Made by a program: the position numbers and the translations under genes | Notes under the pieces: generated by a model | What the model was told of the DNA's origin: nothing | Database searches by the model: none | What the model saw: only the letters and a program-made list of their open reading frames with translations | DNA from: Curvularia clavata | Lineage: Eukaryota | Direction: 5' to 3' | Assembly: GCA_023920165.1 (NCBI GenBank) | Contig: CP089275.1 | Location: 1,116,001-1,180,000 of the forward strand | DNA length: 64,000 nucleotides | Shown here: positions 49,401-61,909 of the stretch, one piece after another | How positions within the stretch are numbered: position 1 is the first letter of the stretch | How the letters are laid out: every line of letters begins with the position of its first letter

Positions 49401-52362
49401 GGTCTTTCGGCGAACAGTACCCATTGGAAGATCTTTATCATCTGATGTTGGTACGCTGCGGGAACTCCATTAAGGATAGATTCGTACATTTTGCTCAGTG
49501 TTTTGGGACAGTTAGCAAGTCCCTCAAGGAGCTTCTCTGCATTGATACCAATCAAATTCTTGTCAATGATTGTTTCGGTCACGAGAACCACCCATTGAAA
49601 TCCGCCATTGGATTTGGATAGAATCTCATCCTGGATCTGCTCACGCTTTGTCTCTGGCCTGATGTCTTTCAGTCGTTCCTTGACATACCATCGTATATCC
49701 CCATTATTCATCTTCTCCACTTGTACTGAGGGTATGGTATCGAGCGCAAGGATCGGGTAGTGTCTTGAGGACAGACATACTTTGAATTGCGCATGCTTGC
49801 TTTTCCCCTGATGTGTAAGGCCTTTGAAATATGCTAACAACCTCTTTGCGGGGTCTTCCCCACATTCGTCAAGTGCGTCAATAAAGATGACAACGCGCTG
49901 CTGTTGAGTACCCTCTGATAGCACGTATGACAAAGCTTCTTTGAGTTCGTTCTCGGTCCACTCCCATGCGTGCCCGCCAAAACCCCCGTACCGTTTCTCT
50001 TTTTCTGTAAATCTAGCAGCTAGCTGAGTGAGATGTTCTGGAAAATGTTCAAGCATTGAGCTCAATAGCGCACGGAACAACCCCAATAATGTCTTCTGCA
50101 AGGGCTTCCCTTGGCCATGAAAGAAGAAAGAAACAACAAGGTCGCCAGGACTGCACTCACGTATTCGCTTAACGCTATGTTTCATAAGTACGGACTTGCC
50201 CGCGCCAGGGTTTCCCTTAATCCAAAAGAGTCCTGAATGTCCTTTCATCCAGGTTTGGTACCCTTCATGTTCAAGAAGCCAATCGCAGGTATCTACGGCG
50301 GCATGAATGTCATCGAACCGATGTTCTTGCTCTGTGAAAGAGAGAGATCTAAGGCAATCTGAGCTAAATCAGTAATACATTAGATGGCAGACCAAAGTTT
50401 GCCTACCACGTTGCTGAGATGAGAGTTGTGCCGACGCTATAAAATCGTTAGCACGCTCGCATTCTACTGGTAACAACCTTAGTAACATTTCTTACTTCCA
50501 CTCGCTGGCTCTTCCCGTTTTTTGCTTGCTAGAGTGAATTTCTGTTGGCTTTACTAATTAGCAGAGTACCACATTAGAAGTAGCAAGATAACAAATTTAC
50601 TCACTTTGCGGTGTCAGTCTCTAAGTCTTCTATTCCCTCGATCTTCCTACGTTTGGTAATAGGACTAGGAGGGCGTTGAGAGTTGTGTTCTTCATGCGTA
50701 TAGATGTTAGCATTAGCTCCCAAGCAAATCAACAAGAAATCAATACTGACTGTATGTGAGTTGTGTAGCCTCTTTCATTGCACGCAGCTCTGCTACCTCT
50801 CGGCCTAAGATTACACTATCTCGTGGCAATGGTACCATGATTGACAGCTTGGGACTGTTCTGCGCTCGCGCTTGAAGTAGACATTGTTAGCTAGATGCAG
50901 ACGTAATAGCAGCTAGAGAGATATCAAGCCCGAACTTTGGCGGAATATGTATTAGAACTGCTACAGCTACGTACCAAAGCGATCGGCAACCACGCTCGGT
51001 GCATCTTGTGCAAACTGCATAAGCCTGGCTCGTGCGCTGCTGTATCCTTGAGCGTTCTTGCTGTCGAACTTGACCATCATTGAGTGGTCCGCGGCAAGCG
51101 GAATCTTCTCCTCTATTGAGTCTGGGAGCTGAAGCAGCGCCGAGTCGCTGTCTACCGCCGTGACGAAGTCGCCGGTTCTTGCCCACCGATTGCTCTCGCT
51201 GTCCTGTCATACGTGTTAGTGACTTAGTTATGTCTTCTTGCACCATGGCGTCATACAAATTGTAGCTGCCGCGTCTGCTCTGTCTCGTAGAAGCTCACCA
51301 CCTTGCGATCTTGGATAATGTTCCTGAAGCTGTCTAGTTGCGATGCTAGCTGATCGGACTTTTGCTTGATCTGCTCCAACAGCTCTCTGCGCGGGTGACC
51401 ACCCTTCTCAGAAACCATCTTCTGGATATCGTCCACTACGAGGCCTCTGTGCGGTATGCCAAACAAAAGCATTCCGTACGTAGCTTTGTGTAGAGACGCT
51501 ATCATTGGATCCATCGTTTGAACCACCTTAACAAGACACTGCGGACCTGTTTAGTTTCATGCATGCAAGTTCTTATACACAGAACCTACTTGTGCGAGTA
51601 TGATGCCGCCAAAGCTGTGCGCAACAAAGAAGAGCGGTCGGCGTTGTCGCTAGAGCATTGCCTCTGTCAGCCTTGGCCTCGTTCTTGCGCTTTCGCTCCC
51701 TACACCCATAACGACAGCCCGCACCTCTACTCACCTCTTTCGTGCTCCGCACCTTCCTCAGTTCCTCCAGCAGGCCACGCTCATAGTCCATGATCTTTTC
51801 CACCCCTCGGCTCGACAGCTTCGAGTTGTAGCCGTAGATCATCGTCCGGCAGTTTGGCAGATCTTTGCACAGGAAGTCGCGCAGCCACATGCGTCCAAGG
51901 CTGCCTTTACCACGCCATGAGCCATATGCGTGGCCGTCAAGGCCGGTAATGGCAATCACACTGTGCGTAGAGTCAACAGCTGAACATAGCTAACAGATAG
52001 TAAACGTACTCTGCAACCACGGGTGTGTCAGACGCCGGCGTGTACAACTGGGTGAAGCCAAAGAAGTGCTGGTCAAAGTCGATGCCTGTGTCGCCCATCT
52101 CTATCTGCCACTCGCGCAGCGGATTCACCGCGAGCGCTGACAGGAACGCAGGCAGCCCGCCGCAGCACTCCAACAGCGCGACCTTCTCTTCATCAACATA
52201 GCACGAGGGCACGATGTCCACTTTGATGTTTAATTTCGCCTTCTCTTCGTCCGTCAGTTCGTTCTTGATGGTCGCTTTTAGTGATGCAGCCAGCTCCTCG
52301 TCAGGCCGCGAGGCTGAAAGGCCGGTAACGCGCAGCACGGGGCCCTTCTTCGCAACGGCCAT
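46439..52362 (-). CDS. Fungal NLR-like protein: SesB/DUF676-like alpha/beta-hydrolase, NACHT, ankyrin repeats
   Basis: IAITGLDGHAYGSW, MWLRDFL, AHSFGG nucleophile elbow, FGIPHRG, SFYETE and DHSMMVKF; P-loop WIKGNPGAGKS; Walker B IFIDALDEC; ankyrin C-terminus. The small linker exons can be spliced in frame. Confidence 0.88.
46470..47788 (-). repeat. 13 highly conserved 102-bp (34-aa) ankyrin units
   Basis: Consensus DPDAKDKDGWTPLLWAVRNGHEAMVKQLLDTSKV; units 5-6 and 7-8 are nearly identical 204-bp pairs. Confidence 0.95.
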
Positions 52363-52879
52363 ACTGGCTCAATGGTGAACAATAGAGAAAGGGAAGGGCA
52401 TTGTCTACAGGCCAGGTCGCGACCGGCCTGGCAGAAGGCGCGTAGGTGGAGGTTGGTAGTATCGTGAGCAGGCGATCAGCGCTCATGGCTAGGCTGCCCT
52501 TGGCTATGCTGGGCTGCGCCGCATAGCTGGCTCGTGCAGGCAGGATGTTGTAGCCAGCGCGTGCAGATAGGATGGGTATGGGGAGACTGGCAATATCTGC
52601 CAATCAGCGTTGTCAACAGAAGGCGTTGTGGGGTGTTGTGGGGCGTCTGAACCCCTGTTCGTCTGAGCCGGGCGCAGTTGGGAAATACGTCCTCCCCGCA
52701 GCAGCGCTCAGAAGCGGCCCCGTTCTCACGGCAAGGCACATCTTTTCACCCTCATGTCTGGTCTGTGACAAGCCAGCTGAGACAAACTCAACACAGCTCT
52801 CCAATTCATGTAGGCTCTCCGCAGTTCTTCCAACCTAGAACCCAGAAGCGAACTCTACCTCCACCGTTGCAGCTGAGCG

Positions 52880-53938
52880 ATGTCGACACAGAACAACCAG
52901 CCGTCCCACTCAGACACTTTGCCAGCCATCGATCATCATCATCATCTACCTTATGCACAGCTGGGAGTAAGAAAGCATGGTCCGCCGATATCGAAGAGCA
53001 ACCCACGTCGAAGCTCGGCTGGATCTATAGCTCCATCTATCCCAGTCTTCCCTTCAATTATTTACCAGAGAAACCACTTTGTACGGCCGACCAAGTCTCC
53101 TGTCGAATTCTTATCTCTCGACCTGAGGACACCGAGACTGAACGCCATCCACCGTTATCTCTGGCTTGCTGGCTTGCCGAACGCTGCCAGGCCCCTGCAT
53201 AGACAAAAGCTTCTCGGCCGCAGCATACTCGTCACTGAAGATCCAAGCGAGCACCTGGTTTGGTTCGAGTCTCACATCTTCGTCAAGCCATTGCCAGACT
53301 ACTTGTTTGACTATGACTATTGGGACAAGCATCTGTGTTCTGACGAGGAGCTCCACCAGTCGGCGAGTGGGCTGCTGCTATCCTATACGTGGCTCGTGTG
53401 CCAGCAAAGCGATCTCGCAATTGCACAGGAGATTGGTCTCTTGTCGAAAGATATTGCGTGGCCAGCTTAGGTGGAGTTTTTGGATGCCTTTCTTGACAAT
53501 GTCGACTTAGTCACTCTAAGCGATGTCAACAAACGATATAAATATGGGGAGCTGCGATTGAGCCGACTCAACACCATCTACAGACTCAGGCCCCCGGCGC
53601 ACTCTCTAAACAACTTGATTCGGGGATACAGAGCAGGCTCCACTTGGTACAAGGCCTTTTTTGCGCGCCATTTTAAATGGATGCTAGCTGTGTTTGCTGT
53701 GCTGTCCGTTTTGCTCTCGGCTCTACAAGTTGGTCTGGCGACATCGGTGCTGCAAAACAATCATGACTTCCAAGATATTTCATACGGCTTGACTGTGGCA
53801 GCACTTGCTGCAGTTGCAGCAGGCGCGGTCATTATCCTAGTGTTTTGGGTTGTGCTATTCTGGTATCACATTCTGTCTTCTTGGCGGTACGATCGGGAGA
53901 TTGAAAACAAGAGACGCGGTGTTGTATGTCTACCTTGA
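52880..53938 (+). pseudogene. DUF6601-like membrane protein with a single premature stop
   Basis: DLRTPRLNAIHRYLWLAG..ARPLHRQ..VTEDPSEHLVW..IFVKPLPDYL and RYKYGELRLSRLN, two C-terminal TM helices. In-frame TAG at 53468-53470 lies between abutting ORFs. Confidence 0.75.
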
Positions 53939-54739
53939 ACGGGCTCGTGTGTACTGTTCGCTGGCGCACTTGGATTGCGCACGCGCAAGGCTGCTGATAG
54001 CGGCTCTGGCTTGTGTTAGGTTGCCTCCTGGTGATGAGCGCCTTGTGATGGTGCATAAGCTGGAAATATGCACTTTGAGAGCTGTTCTGACACCGCTCAT
54101 GCAAAAAATCGGTGCATTTGGCTGTGTTTGTGTAGGAGTATCGTTGTTGTGTGACGCGGTTCCCCAAGTCCAGAACCGGTTCCTATCCAAGATCAAAGGT
54201 GAGTTTAGCGTTCGTCTGTCGGTAATTAAAATCAACAATATTGGGAAAGGCCAAGGTGATGACCCAGGAGGCGCTCTAGGAAGCACGAACGAAGAGTGCC
54301 ACGAAAGAGGTATTAGCGGCTACTAAAAGGAGAAAACGGATTCGTAAGCGCAAGAAACCCGTTGGTAGAGTAAAAGTCGCATAGGTAGAGGCTAAGGACG
54401 CCAATCTCACAATATTTATATGTTGCACGCGCAAGTGCGGGGTTATGTATCCTGGAAGTTGAACATCTTGTCTCTGTTATCCAACATCCTTCTCAATTCA
54501 TGATACATAAACTTTTTTTTATTGAAATAGCGCATCCTTGTTGTGGCTACAGCAGCTTGTTGATTTAGCTCAGCTAAAATTATTGCTTCTGCGGCCTTGC
54601 TGGGCTGCGATAGTTTTCATCAATGCAATCTAAAAAATTTGCAGGAATGATTATAATTATAGGGTCAGCAATCTTGTTAAGATTTGCTATCCCTATTTAT
54701 ATAATTATACTCTTCAATACCAAGAAACAAAAACAACCC

Positions 54740-55800
54740 CTCTACATCTTTCCTGTTTATGTTCTTCCTTATACTCTCTCTTCTCCATCCTGTGCGCCAA
54801 TACCATTACACTACCGCTAGTGGTACAGCGCAAATCGTCACTAGTCTAAGACCCAGAAATGCAGTCCCAAGGCCTCTCGTCATAATCATCTTCTCCATGA
54901 ACGTGACACCTACTGCACCCACAGAGCATCTCACAACATTGTTGATCGCGGTACTCGAAGCCACTTTTCTAGGAAATAAATCAGATACCATTGTCTGATT
55001 GACAGCAAAAACTGCGTTAGAGGATGCTGCAATCAAAATTTGAATGGTCAGGGGAACTGCAATCCAGCCTGGTTTCGATACGAGGTTGGGCAAGGCTAGA
55101 GAGAAGCTGTAGAGACATACACTTAGGACGAATATAACAGTGATCCATTTGGTATGCCGTAGGCGTACATGTTCGATGGAAAAGCCAGCCAGAATAGCCT
55201 TCCTAGGTAGTCTGTAGTCAGCAGGTAGACCGTGAGTTTCCTTGTACTTTAAATCCATCTCTATGTAGGACTTGGTACAATCTTCGGATCCACGGTCGTT
55301 GGAAACTTAATGAACAAGGCCATTGGAAAGGAACACAAGGCCGAGAAGAAGTTCATTAAGACCGAAGACTTGTTTGAAGAGACCTGTAGTGCTAGATGTT
55401 ACTACACTCTATATAGCGTAAACCGTGCCGCCAAAGATAAGGCTGAGCAGGATGTCTTTCTCTTTGAGAAGTAGGAGGGGGCGAACAAAGGCCTTCAAAG
55501 TGATCTTTTTGAGTGTGTAGCTATCATCGCGATCGGCGACATAGGGCACCTCTTTTTGGATCTTGCGGATTAATGGTTGGTGAATGCCGGTGAGGCGGAG
55601 AGAGCCATTCCCGGCGATGCTGCGAAGGGTCTCAGGGGGAATATGACTATGGCGAGTAGAACACGTGAAGAGAGTATTAGGAGGAAAACTAAGATGGACC
55701 TGAAATTTCGATAAGTATAGTAAATACCCTAGCCAGATCTCAACGTACATAAATCCAGAAAAGTTCACCAAAATCCCACCAAGCAAGGGACAACTGCTAG
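54740..55800 (-). pseudogene. MFS (DHA1/QDR-like) drug transporter pseudogene, 5'-truncated
   Basis: PETLRSIAGNGS, IEHVRL and MVSDLFPRKVASSTAINNVVRCSVGA, split across frames. Confidence 0.8.
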
Positions 55801-56926
55801 ACTGAGGTTCCTTACTTTATGAAGTTAGTTTGATTTAGCAACTCGAGTACTACCCACTGTCATCTCTAAAAAGAATGCCTAATTTAAGAAAGCAGGTCAT
55901 GTGGGTAAATTGTGGTATTTTCATACTACATACAAAATGCCATTACGTTGTCTCTCTAATGGATATTTTCATCTTGTACTTGACAGTCAACTCTTACTGT
56001 TGCCTGCTTAGCACGATACATACTCAATGAACAACTCAATCATTCCAAAGCGTAATGAAAACCCCCTCTATTCGATACAGAACGTGTTTCTAGGTATTTT
56101 TGGAGCCCAAGATAGTTTGTGGCTGCAGGGTGAATCAGCCGATAGAGTACAGCTTTTCGACGTATTGGTAGCTTGTAATCAACCAACTGCCAATCCACTA
56201 GGCCTATAGAGATGACCCAGCTTATTTTCGACGCTGTTGGGCATATTGTGTGGCAGGCATGGTAGGTTCGATGGTGAGCCGCATTGCGGCCTTGTTGAGG
56301 TGAGTCACTGACAACCACACAGCAAACTATTATTGAAAAAGTATGATTATGGTATTTCATTAGACCCGTATGCAAACGCTATGAACCTTTCTTTCCCAGC
56401 ATTCGAATCAATGTGGCGGTGAATAATAGCTCAGCCACGATAGGCTGCAAGAGTTTTCTAGTCTCGGGGGTTTACACCAATCATAGGGCGCGGCGGTAGT
56501 GCTACAGGACGGAATTATTATATAGTTACAGTATTACTGAGGCATTAAAACTTGTCGTCGTCGTAAGCGCATGCGCGATTTTATCTCTTCCTTCATTCTC
56601 TCAGGTGCTTGATTCTTGTTCATCGTGATTGTATAAATCCGCCATGCTTCTCTCCACGAATTCCAAAAAGACTTTCTCAGTCACAACAGAAAACCAATCT
56701 GGTATCGCAAGGCTGCGATACGCAATCTCACAAAGCTGGCTACCTTTAACTCTACTCTATTCTCGATCGACCATAGCCTGTTTTCAGGCGAAGGTCCAAT
56801 CCTCACACATCCACCTTAGGACGCTAGGTAAATCTAATGATGGATCGCGGCGAAGTCTTTCTAATCCCTGCTTTAGATTGGTCATAAACTTTGTACTAGA
56901 GGTCTTATTGTACCATTTTGTCAAAA

Positions 56927-58465
56927 ATGTTCAGCCGAATTCTCTGTTGGCTCCAGAGCCCTGGCTCCCGTACTGAGCTTCAGTTCTCTGCCCCGAGTTT
57001 TATCGCGTGCGACGTTGGAGTAGAACTCGCGAACTCCGAAAAGAGTCACCATGTTTCTTTGAAAAACACCGATGAATTCACCTCTCCAGTAAAGCCCAGA
57101 CTTCTCGATCGCTGGTTGGACCGCATTGTTCAGCTCTCTGGGTCTGAGTACACCTACGCCACTATCCTTGTCGGGCTGCTTACTTGGGCATTCTTGGGTA
57201 TTCCCTATGGAACTGCTAATACGTACAAAATCATCATCTCCGATGCGCAGGCAATCATTAACCTCGTCTTTGACGCGTTTCTCATGCGGCAGCAATTTAA
57301 CCAACATGACAATCTACTCATGGTGGCTGGCTGCCTGCGATCTCGCATCAGCAGTCACAAACGTATGATCAACCACCTTATTGCCACCGGAAAGTTCACG
57401 AAGATTGACGCTGCCGAATTCCAAACGCTTCGACAGGATGATTTTACCGATCAGCTTCCAGAGGAAAACTGGCTAACAAAGATCTCGGGCGCCATATCAT
57501 CATTCCTCGGACACATCGGCACCGTCGCTGGCTTCTGGTGTTGCATATTCATATGGCTAGGCTTTGGGAAATACTGTGAATGGTCAAACACTTGGCAGCT
57601 GTATATCAACTCTGCGACTTCGGCTCTCATGGTGTTCTTGTTAGCATTCCTCGCCAATATTCGCGAGCGCCATAGTCGATACACTGTCGAATGTCTCAAA
57701 GCCATATGGAAGGCTGACTCCGCACTTGAGCTCAGACTCCGCAAATTGACCGGCGACCGAACCGAAAACCCCGTAATCGTCATGACGGAGCCTAAGCGAA
57801 GCAAAATCCAGCGCGCAATCGATTATTACGCAGACTTGGTCGGCACCCTTGCTGGCGTGGTAATTCTCATCATTATCATCCTCGTTTGGGTTGCGTGCGG
57901 TCCCGCATTGCATTTTGATTCTAACTGGTGGCTACTCATTGGTACATATGCTGGACTGGTGGGTTTAAATGACGGGTTCGTTCTGCGCAACATCTGCGAA
58001 GTATTGGGAAACTATCAAGACGATCAATTTGCTCAAGTTGATTACGCAGATCTTGAGATTCTTGGCGCAATAGGGGTCGAAACGCTTGATGAAAAAAGCG
58101 TCAAGGTTCGGTCGCTGTCGACCCGCATGTCCATACGCGTAGGCTACATCTGTTCCCACGAGCGGACAATTGTCTCAGGAGTGATATTGATCTTTGGACT
58201 TATCATCGGTGCTTCGGCAATGCGATGGAGTGTGACCGGACAACTCCTCTGCAACATCCCTCCCAGCATCATCGAGTCCTTCTTCACTCTGATCCTAATC
58301 ACTGGCCATAACATTGGCGAGGAAAAGAGGCGTGAAGATCTCTTCAACATTTACTTGCGCAGGCTGAGGATTTTTTCTTACGTGAGTTTGCAAAACTCTG
58401 CGGCTGGCGAGGAAGCGACTGCAGGCGATGAGATCAGCGGAGACATTGGTCTTACGACAACTTGA
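56927..58465 (+). CDS. fet4: Low-affinity iron/zinc permease (Fet4 family)
   Basis: IISDAQAII..FDAFLMRQQFN, WQLYINSATSALM, WWLLIGTYAGLVGLNDGFVLRN and GQLLCNIPPSIIESFF. Confidence 0.88.
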   Translation: MFSRILCWLQSPGSRTELQFSAPSFIACDVGVELANSEKSHHVSLKNTDEFTSPVKPRLLDRWLDRIVQLSGSEYTYATILVGLLTWAFLGIPYGTANTYKIIISDAQAIINLVFDAFLMRQQFNQHDNLLMVAGCLRSRISSHKRMINHLIATGKFTKIDAAEFQTLRQDDFTDQLPEENWLTKISGAISSFLGHIGTVAGFWCCIFIWLGFGKYCEWSNTWQLYINSATSALMVFLLAFLANIRERHSRYTVECLKAIWKADSALELRLRKLTGDRTENPVIVMTEPKRSKIQRAIDYYADLVGTLAGVVILIIIILVWVACGPALHFDSNWWLLIGTYAGLVGLNDGFVLRNICEVLGNYQDDQFAQVDYADLEILGAIGVETLDEKSVKVRSLSTRMSIRVGYICSHERTIVSGVILIFGLIIGASAMRWSVTGQLLCNIPPSIIESFFTLILITGHNIGEEKRREDLFNIYLRRLRIFSYVSLQNSAAGEEATAGDEISGDIGLTTT

Positions 58466-59866
58466 GATCCTTCGTCTATCCGTTGCAGAAGTTCTCAGTA
58501 CCTAATGCACAACGCTATCTCAATTATCATTGTCGAGCTTCTCCCTTGACATGACCAGCTTTACAGCATTAGTGTTGATCTGGCTTTCACAATGCGCTCC
58601 AGTGCCAATGCTAAATATGAAAATTGAACCCGATATCAAGTTGCGAATCAGTACGCATGAAGTATCTTTGTTTACAATTGGCTTTACTTTATATGGCTTA
58701 AACACAGAATCAAGCCACACCACAAATGATGGCTAGGCTACATGTTGTGCCGGGTCATTTCGTAGTGCTATAGCACGTGAATCTGGTTTTCAGACTTTTT
58801 TAGGGCTCGTAGGGTTTGAAGCAATAACGTGGAACACATTCGGGTGCAGCTTAGCAATGCCTATCTTTCCAGTGGCGTTAGTACACTCACTAAAGCGATT
58901 GATAATGTGCTGTTATCTGAATGGATTTGCAAGATAGAAATTGACGAGATATACGTGATCAAAACATGGCCTTGTTTTTCACAAAAGACTTTCTCAGATG
59001 CAGAGACCCTAGAACAATTTAACGAGATCAAAGGCATCTAGTAGTGGTTTGACCGAAAGCAGTTACCGAGGGAGTAAGCAAAGCGGAGAATAAGAGGGCG
59101 AGAGACGTGAATGCAAAATGTTACACATTTTATGTTTTTAGTAATGACCTGTATATCAGATATGCTATGGCCGCAGTAGAACGAGGCAAGGTAACTGAAT
59201 TGGGGGCAAAACAGTCGTGTACAGGTATGATGATTGCTACAAGAACTATGGAGCAGGTAAGTATCCCAGACTTGGGCCAAGGCGCTGATCCCAAAGGGGA
59301 GTAGTAGCCTAGCGGTACTGTTAAAGAGAAGCTCGCTTCTCCAAGACCGCAATGGTAAGGTGAGAGCTCGTCGGCTAGGAAAATCAATAATGCTGGGAGG
59401 GGATGGTTGTAACGGCACCTGATTGGCTCTATCTATGTCTAAATTACTGCGGGTTGTGGTATCATGCATTCAGAGAAGAGCGCCTGGCATGAAGGCTACA
59501 CACAAAGCCGTTAAAGACAGTAACTTTGTACCCCTGTTACAGAAACTCCAAGAAGCGCTAGCATATTTTGAGCAAAGCGTGGAATACAATACAGCGATAA
59601 GTTATAACTCACCATGGAACATGTAACGGAAGAGAGTTTACAAGCGTTCTAAACACTCATCCACGCTGAAGGAAAAAGGCCACATTCATTCAACAGAAAT
59701 TTATAACAATGTCTGACTACTTTATACATCTCGATCAGGCTGTTGCATTTCCATAATATTCCAAGTGTTTGCTTACTGCTGATCCACAATATACGATGTT
59801 CTCTATATAACCAGTTTCTATAGTTAAACGCTAATGAAGCATACAAAAAAGACAGAACAGATTCTT

Positions 59867-61207
59867 CTATTTAGCCAACTTGTGACCCTTCTCACTAAGC
59901 ACCTGTTCAAAAGCCTCTTCCAACAATCCCAGGCCTTCTTCAATTTCCGCCTCCGTCACTGTAACAGGGGGAGCGAGCCGGAAAACGCCTCCCATCCCCG
60001 GCAAATTGACCACGTTACAGGAGAGACCGAGCTGCAGAGCGCGATCCGAGACAGCTTGGCCAAGTTCAGGCCCAGGCGTCTTTGTTTCGGGATTCGATAT
60101 GATTTCAATTGCCTGGAAGAGGCCGCGACCACGAACATCGCCAATGCACCAAAACTTCTTTTGCAGCCTGACAAGTCCTTGTCGAAGCTGCTCTCCGCGT
60201 TCAGCAGCCCTCTGAGGTATGTTGTCACGTTCGACAATCTCGAGAACCTTGCAGCCGACTGCTGCGGTAAGGGGGTCATTCAAGTGGGTAGTCAACCACA
60301 GAAAACCTGAGTCGCGACACTTCGCTTCGATCTCAGGCGTGGTAGTGACAGAGGCTAGGGGCAGGCCGCAACCGAGAGTTTTGGAAAGACACAGAATGTC
60401 AGGGACGACGTTGTCGTCTTCGTAGGCGAACATCTGACCAGTGCGGCCAACGCCTGTTTGTGCTTCGTCCATGATTATGAGCATACCGCGCTTCCTGCAC
60501 TCTTGCTCCATGCGCTTGAGATATCCTTTGGGAGGGACCAGAATTCCTCCAGTAGAGAGGATGGGCTCCATGATAAAAGCAGCGAGGGAGCCCACGCTTT
60601 GACGGTCAATCATGGACCATCCATATTCAAGCTCCGTTTCCCAGTCATAAGATCCATCAGCCTTGCGGAATACTGAGCGGTATGGGTAAGGGGCAGGGAA
60701 GGCGAGCTGTCCAGGCATTGTAGGCCCACCATTTTTACGTCCAGCAGAGTACGTAGCTGACCCAGAGCCTTGAGTTAGGCCGTGATAGCTGGCTGAGAAA
60801 GCGACGATCTCGAATTTTCCTGTGGCGCACTTTGCGATTTTGAGAGCTGCCTCTGTGGTTTCAGAACCAGTGTTAAGGAGAAACGTCTTGCAAAGCTGGG
60901 GTGGCAAGAATGTGGACAGCCGGCGAGCCAGCTCAACAACAGGTGGGGTAACCATGTTGCTCAGCAAGTGATCCAGACTACCGACATACTTCCGCACCAC
61001 CTCTACGACCTCTGGGTGGGAGTGTCCCAGGAGAGAGCTCATTTGGCCAGATGTGAAATCAAGAATGGATCGGCCGGTGGAATCGTGCAGCCTTACCCCC
61101 TGGGCCTTGGTGATGATGGCCGGGGAGAATGGAACTCCAGTGTACATAAGGTAATTGTTGACATCTTCCCAGAACTGTGTTTGTTCATCAACGAATTCGC
61201 TACCCAT
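59867..61207 (-). CDS. dgdA: Class III PLP aminotransferase, 2,2-dialkylglycine decarboxylase-like
   Basis: ILDFTSGQMSSLLGHSHPE, EPILSTGG, DEAQTGVGRTG, LSKTLGCGLPL, TTHLNDPL and GDVRGRGL; intronless 446 aa. Confidence 0.85.
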   Translation of the reverse strand: MGSEFVDEQTQFWEDVNNYLMYTGVPFSPAIITKAQGVRLHDSTGRSILDFTSGQMSSLLGHSHPEVVEVVRKYVGSLDHLLSNMVTPPVVELARRLSTFLPPQLCKTFLLNTGSETTEAALKIAKCATGKFEIVAFSASYHGLTQGSGSATYSAGRKNGGPTMPGQLAFPAPYPYRSVFRKADGSYDWETELEYGWSMIDRQSVGSLAAFIMEPILSTGGILVPPKGYLKRMEQECRKRGMLIIMDEAQTGVGRTGQMFAYEDDNVVPDILCLSKTLGCGLPLASVTTTPEIEAKCRDSGFLWLTTHLNDPLTAAVGCKVLEIVERDNIPQRAAERGEQLRQGLVRLQKKFWCIGDVRGRGLFQAIEIISNPETKTPGPELGQAVSDRALQLGLSCNVVNLPGMGGVFRLAPPVTVTEAEIEEGLGLLEEAFEQVLSEKGHKLAK

Positions 61208-61909
61208 GTCGATGATATGATTGAATGGTTTCGAGGATTTCCGTGGCAGGTGAATTGAGAGGGATTTTGTAAGTCACAGACTTAGTATATAGCGTGTGTG
61301 GTATGAGAAGAGGACTTGTGCGGAAACTTAGTGAAGAAGTAAATATGATTCCTCTATCTTTCTTTTGGCACTTTCGTCTTATATACATCACTCAATTCAT
61401 GTATCGCCATATACGAATGACTAGATTAACATGTGGGTGCTGATGAAACTTGTCGCATGATTGGCTTACGGTGGGAATGTCGATCCCGCGGCCCCACTCG
61501 CGCGGAAGGCTGGGTATGCCGCGGGAATACCGTAACATCGACATCTGGAAATCAACGCTAGCGACGCCGGTCCCTCTGCCCTTTGTTGTAGAACTTCGGA
61601 GCGAATAAGAGCGGCCTGGGCCTCGGTTACCAACGTTCATGTTCCCAAGTTGTCTCAAGCACCCTAGCCAAAGCGCTGACAGCTAGCAGCATGGCAAGGT
61701 TTTGCGCAGTAAACTTCATGTTGCCGCTCACTCTTCCATTTTTGCCTTGACATGCCCCCGGCTGGCTTCCAGTGCTGAACCGCATCTTACATGTTGGGCA
61801 TGTGAGCCTTTGCTTCTCATAGAAATTTTTTTTCATTGAAACCACTTTTGTGACCGAAGCTATCAGGGAAGCAAGGAAAGTTTGTTCTAGTTTTGTTCAG
61901 TGGATCATG

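Noticed and set aside
58800..59640. Short ORFs that may be a gene relic
   Set aside because: No recognisable family; cannot be supported.
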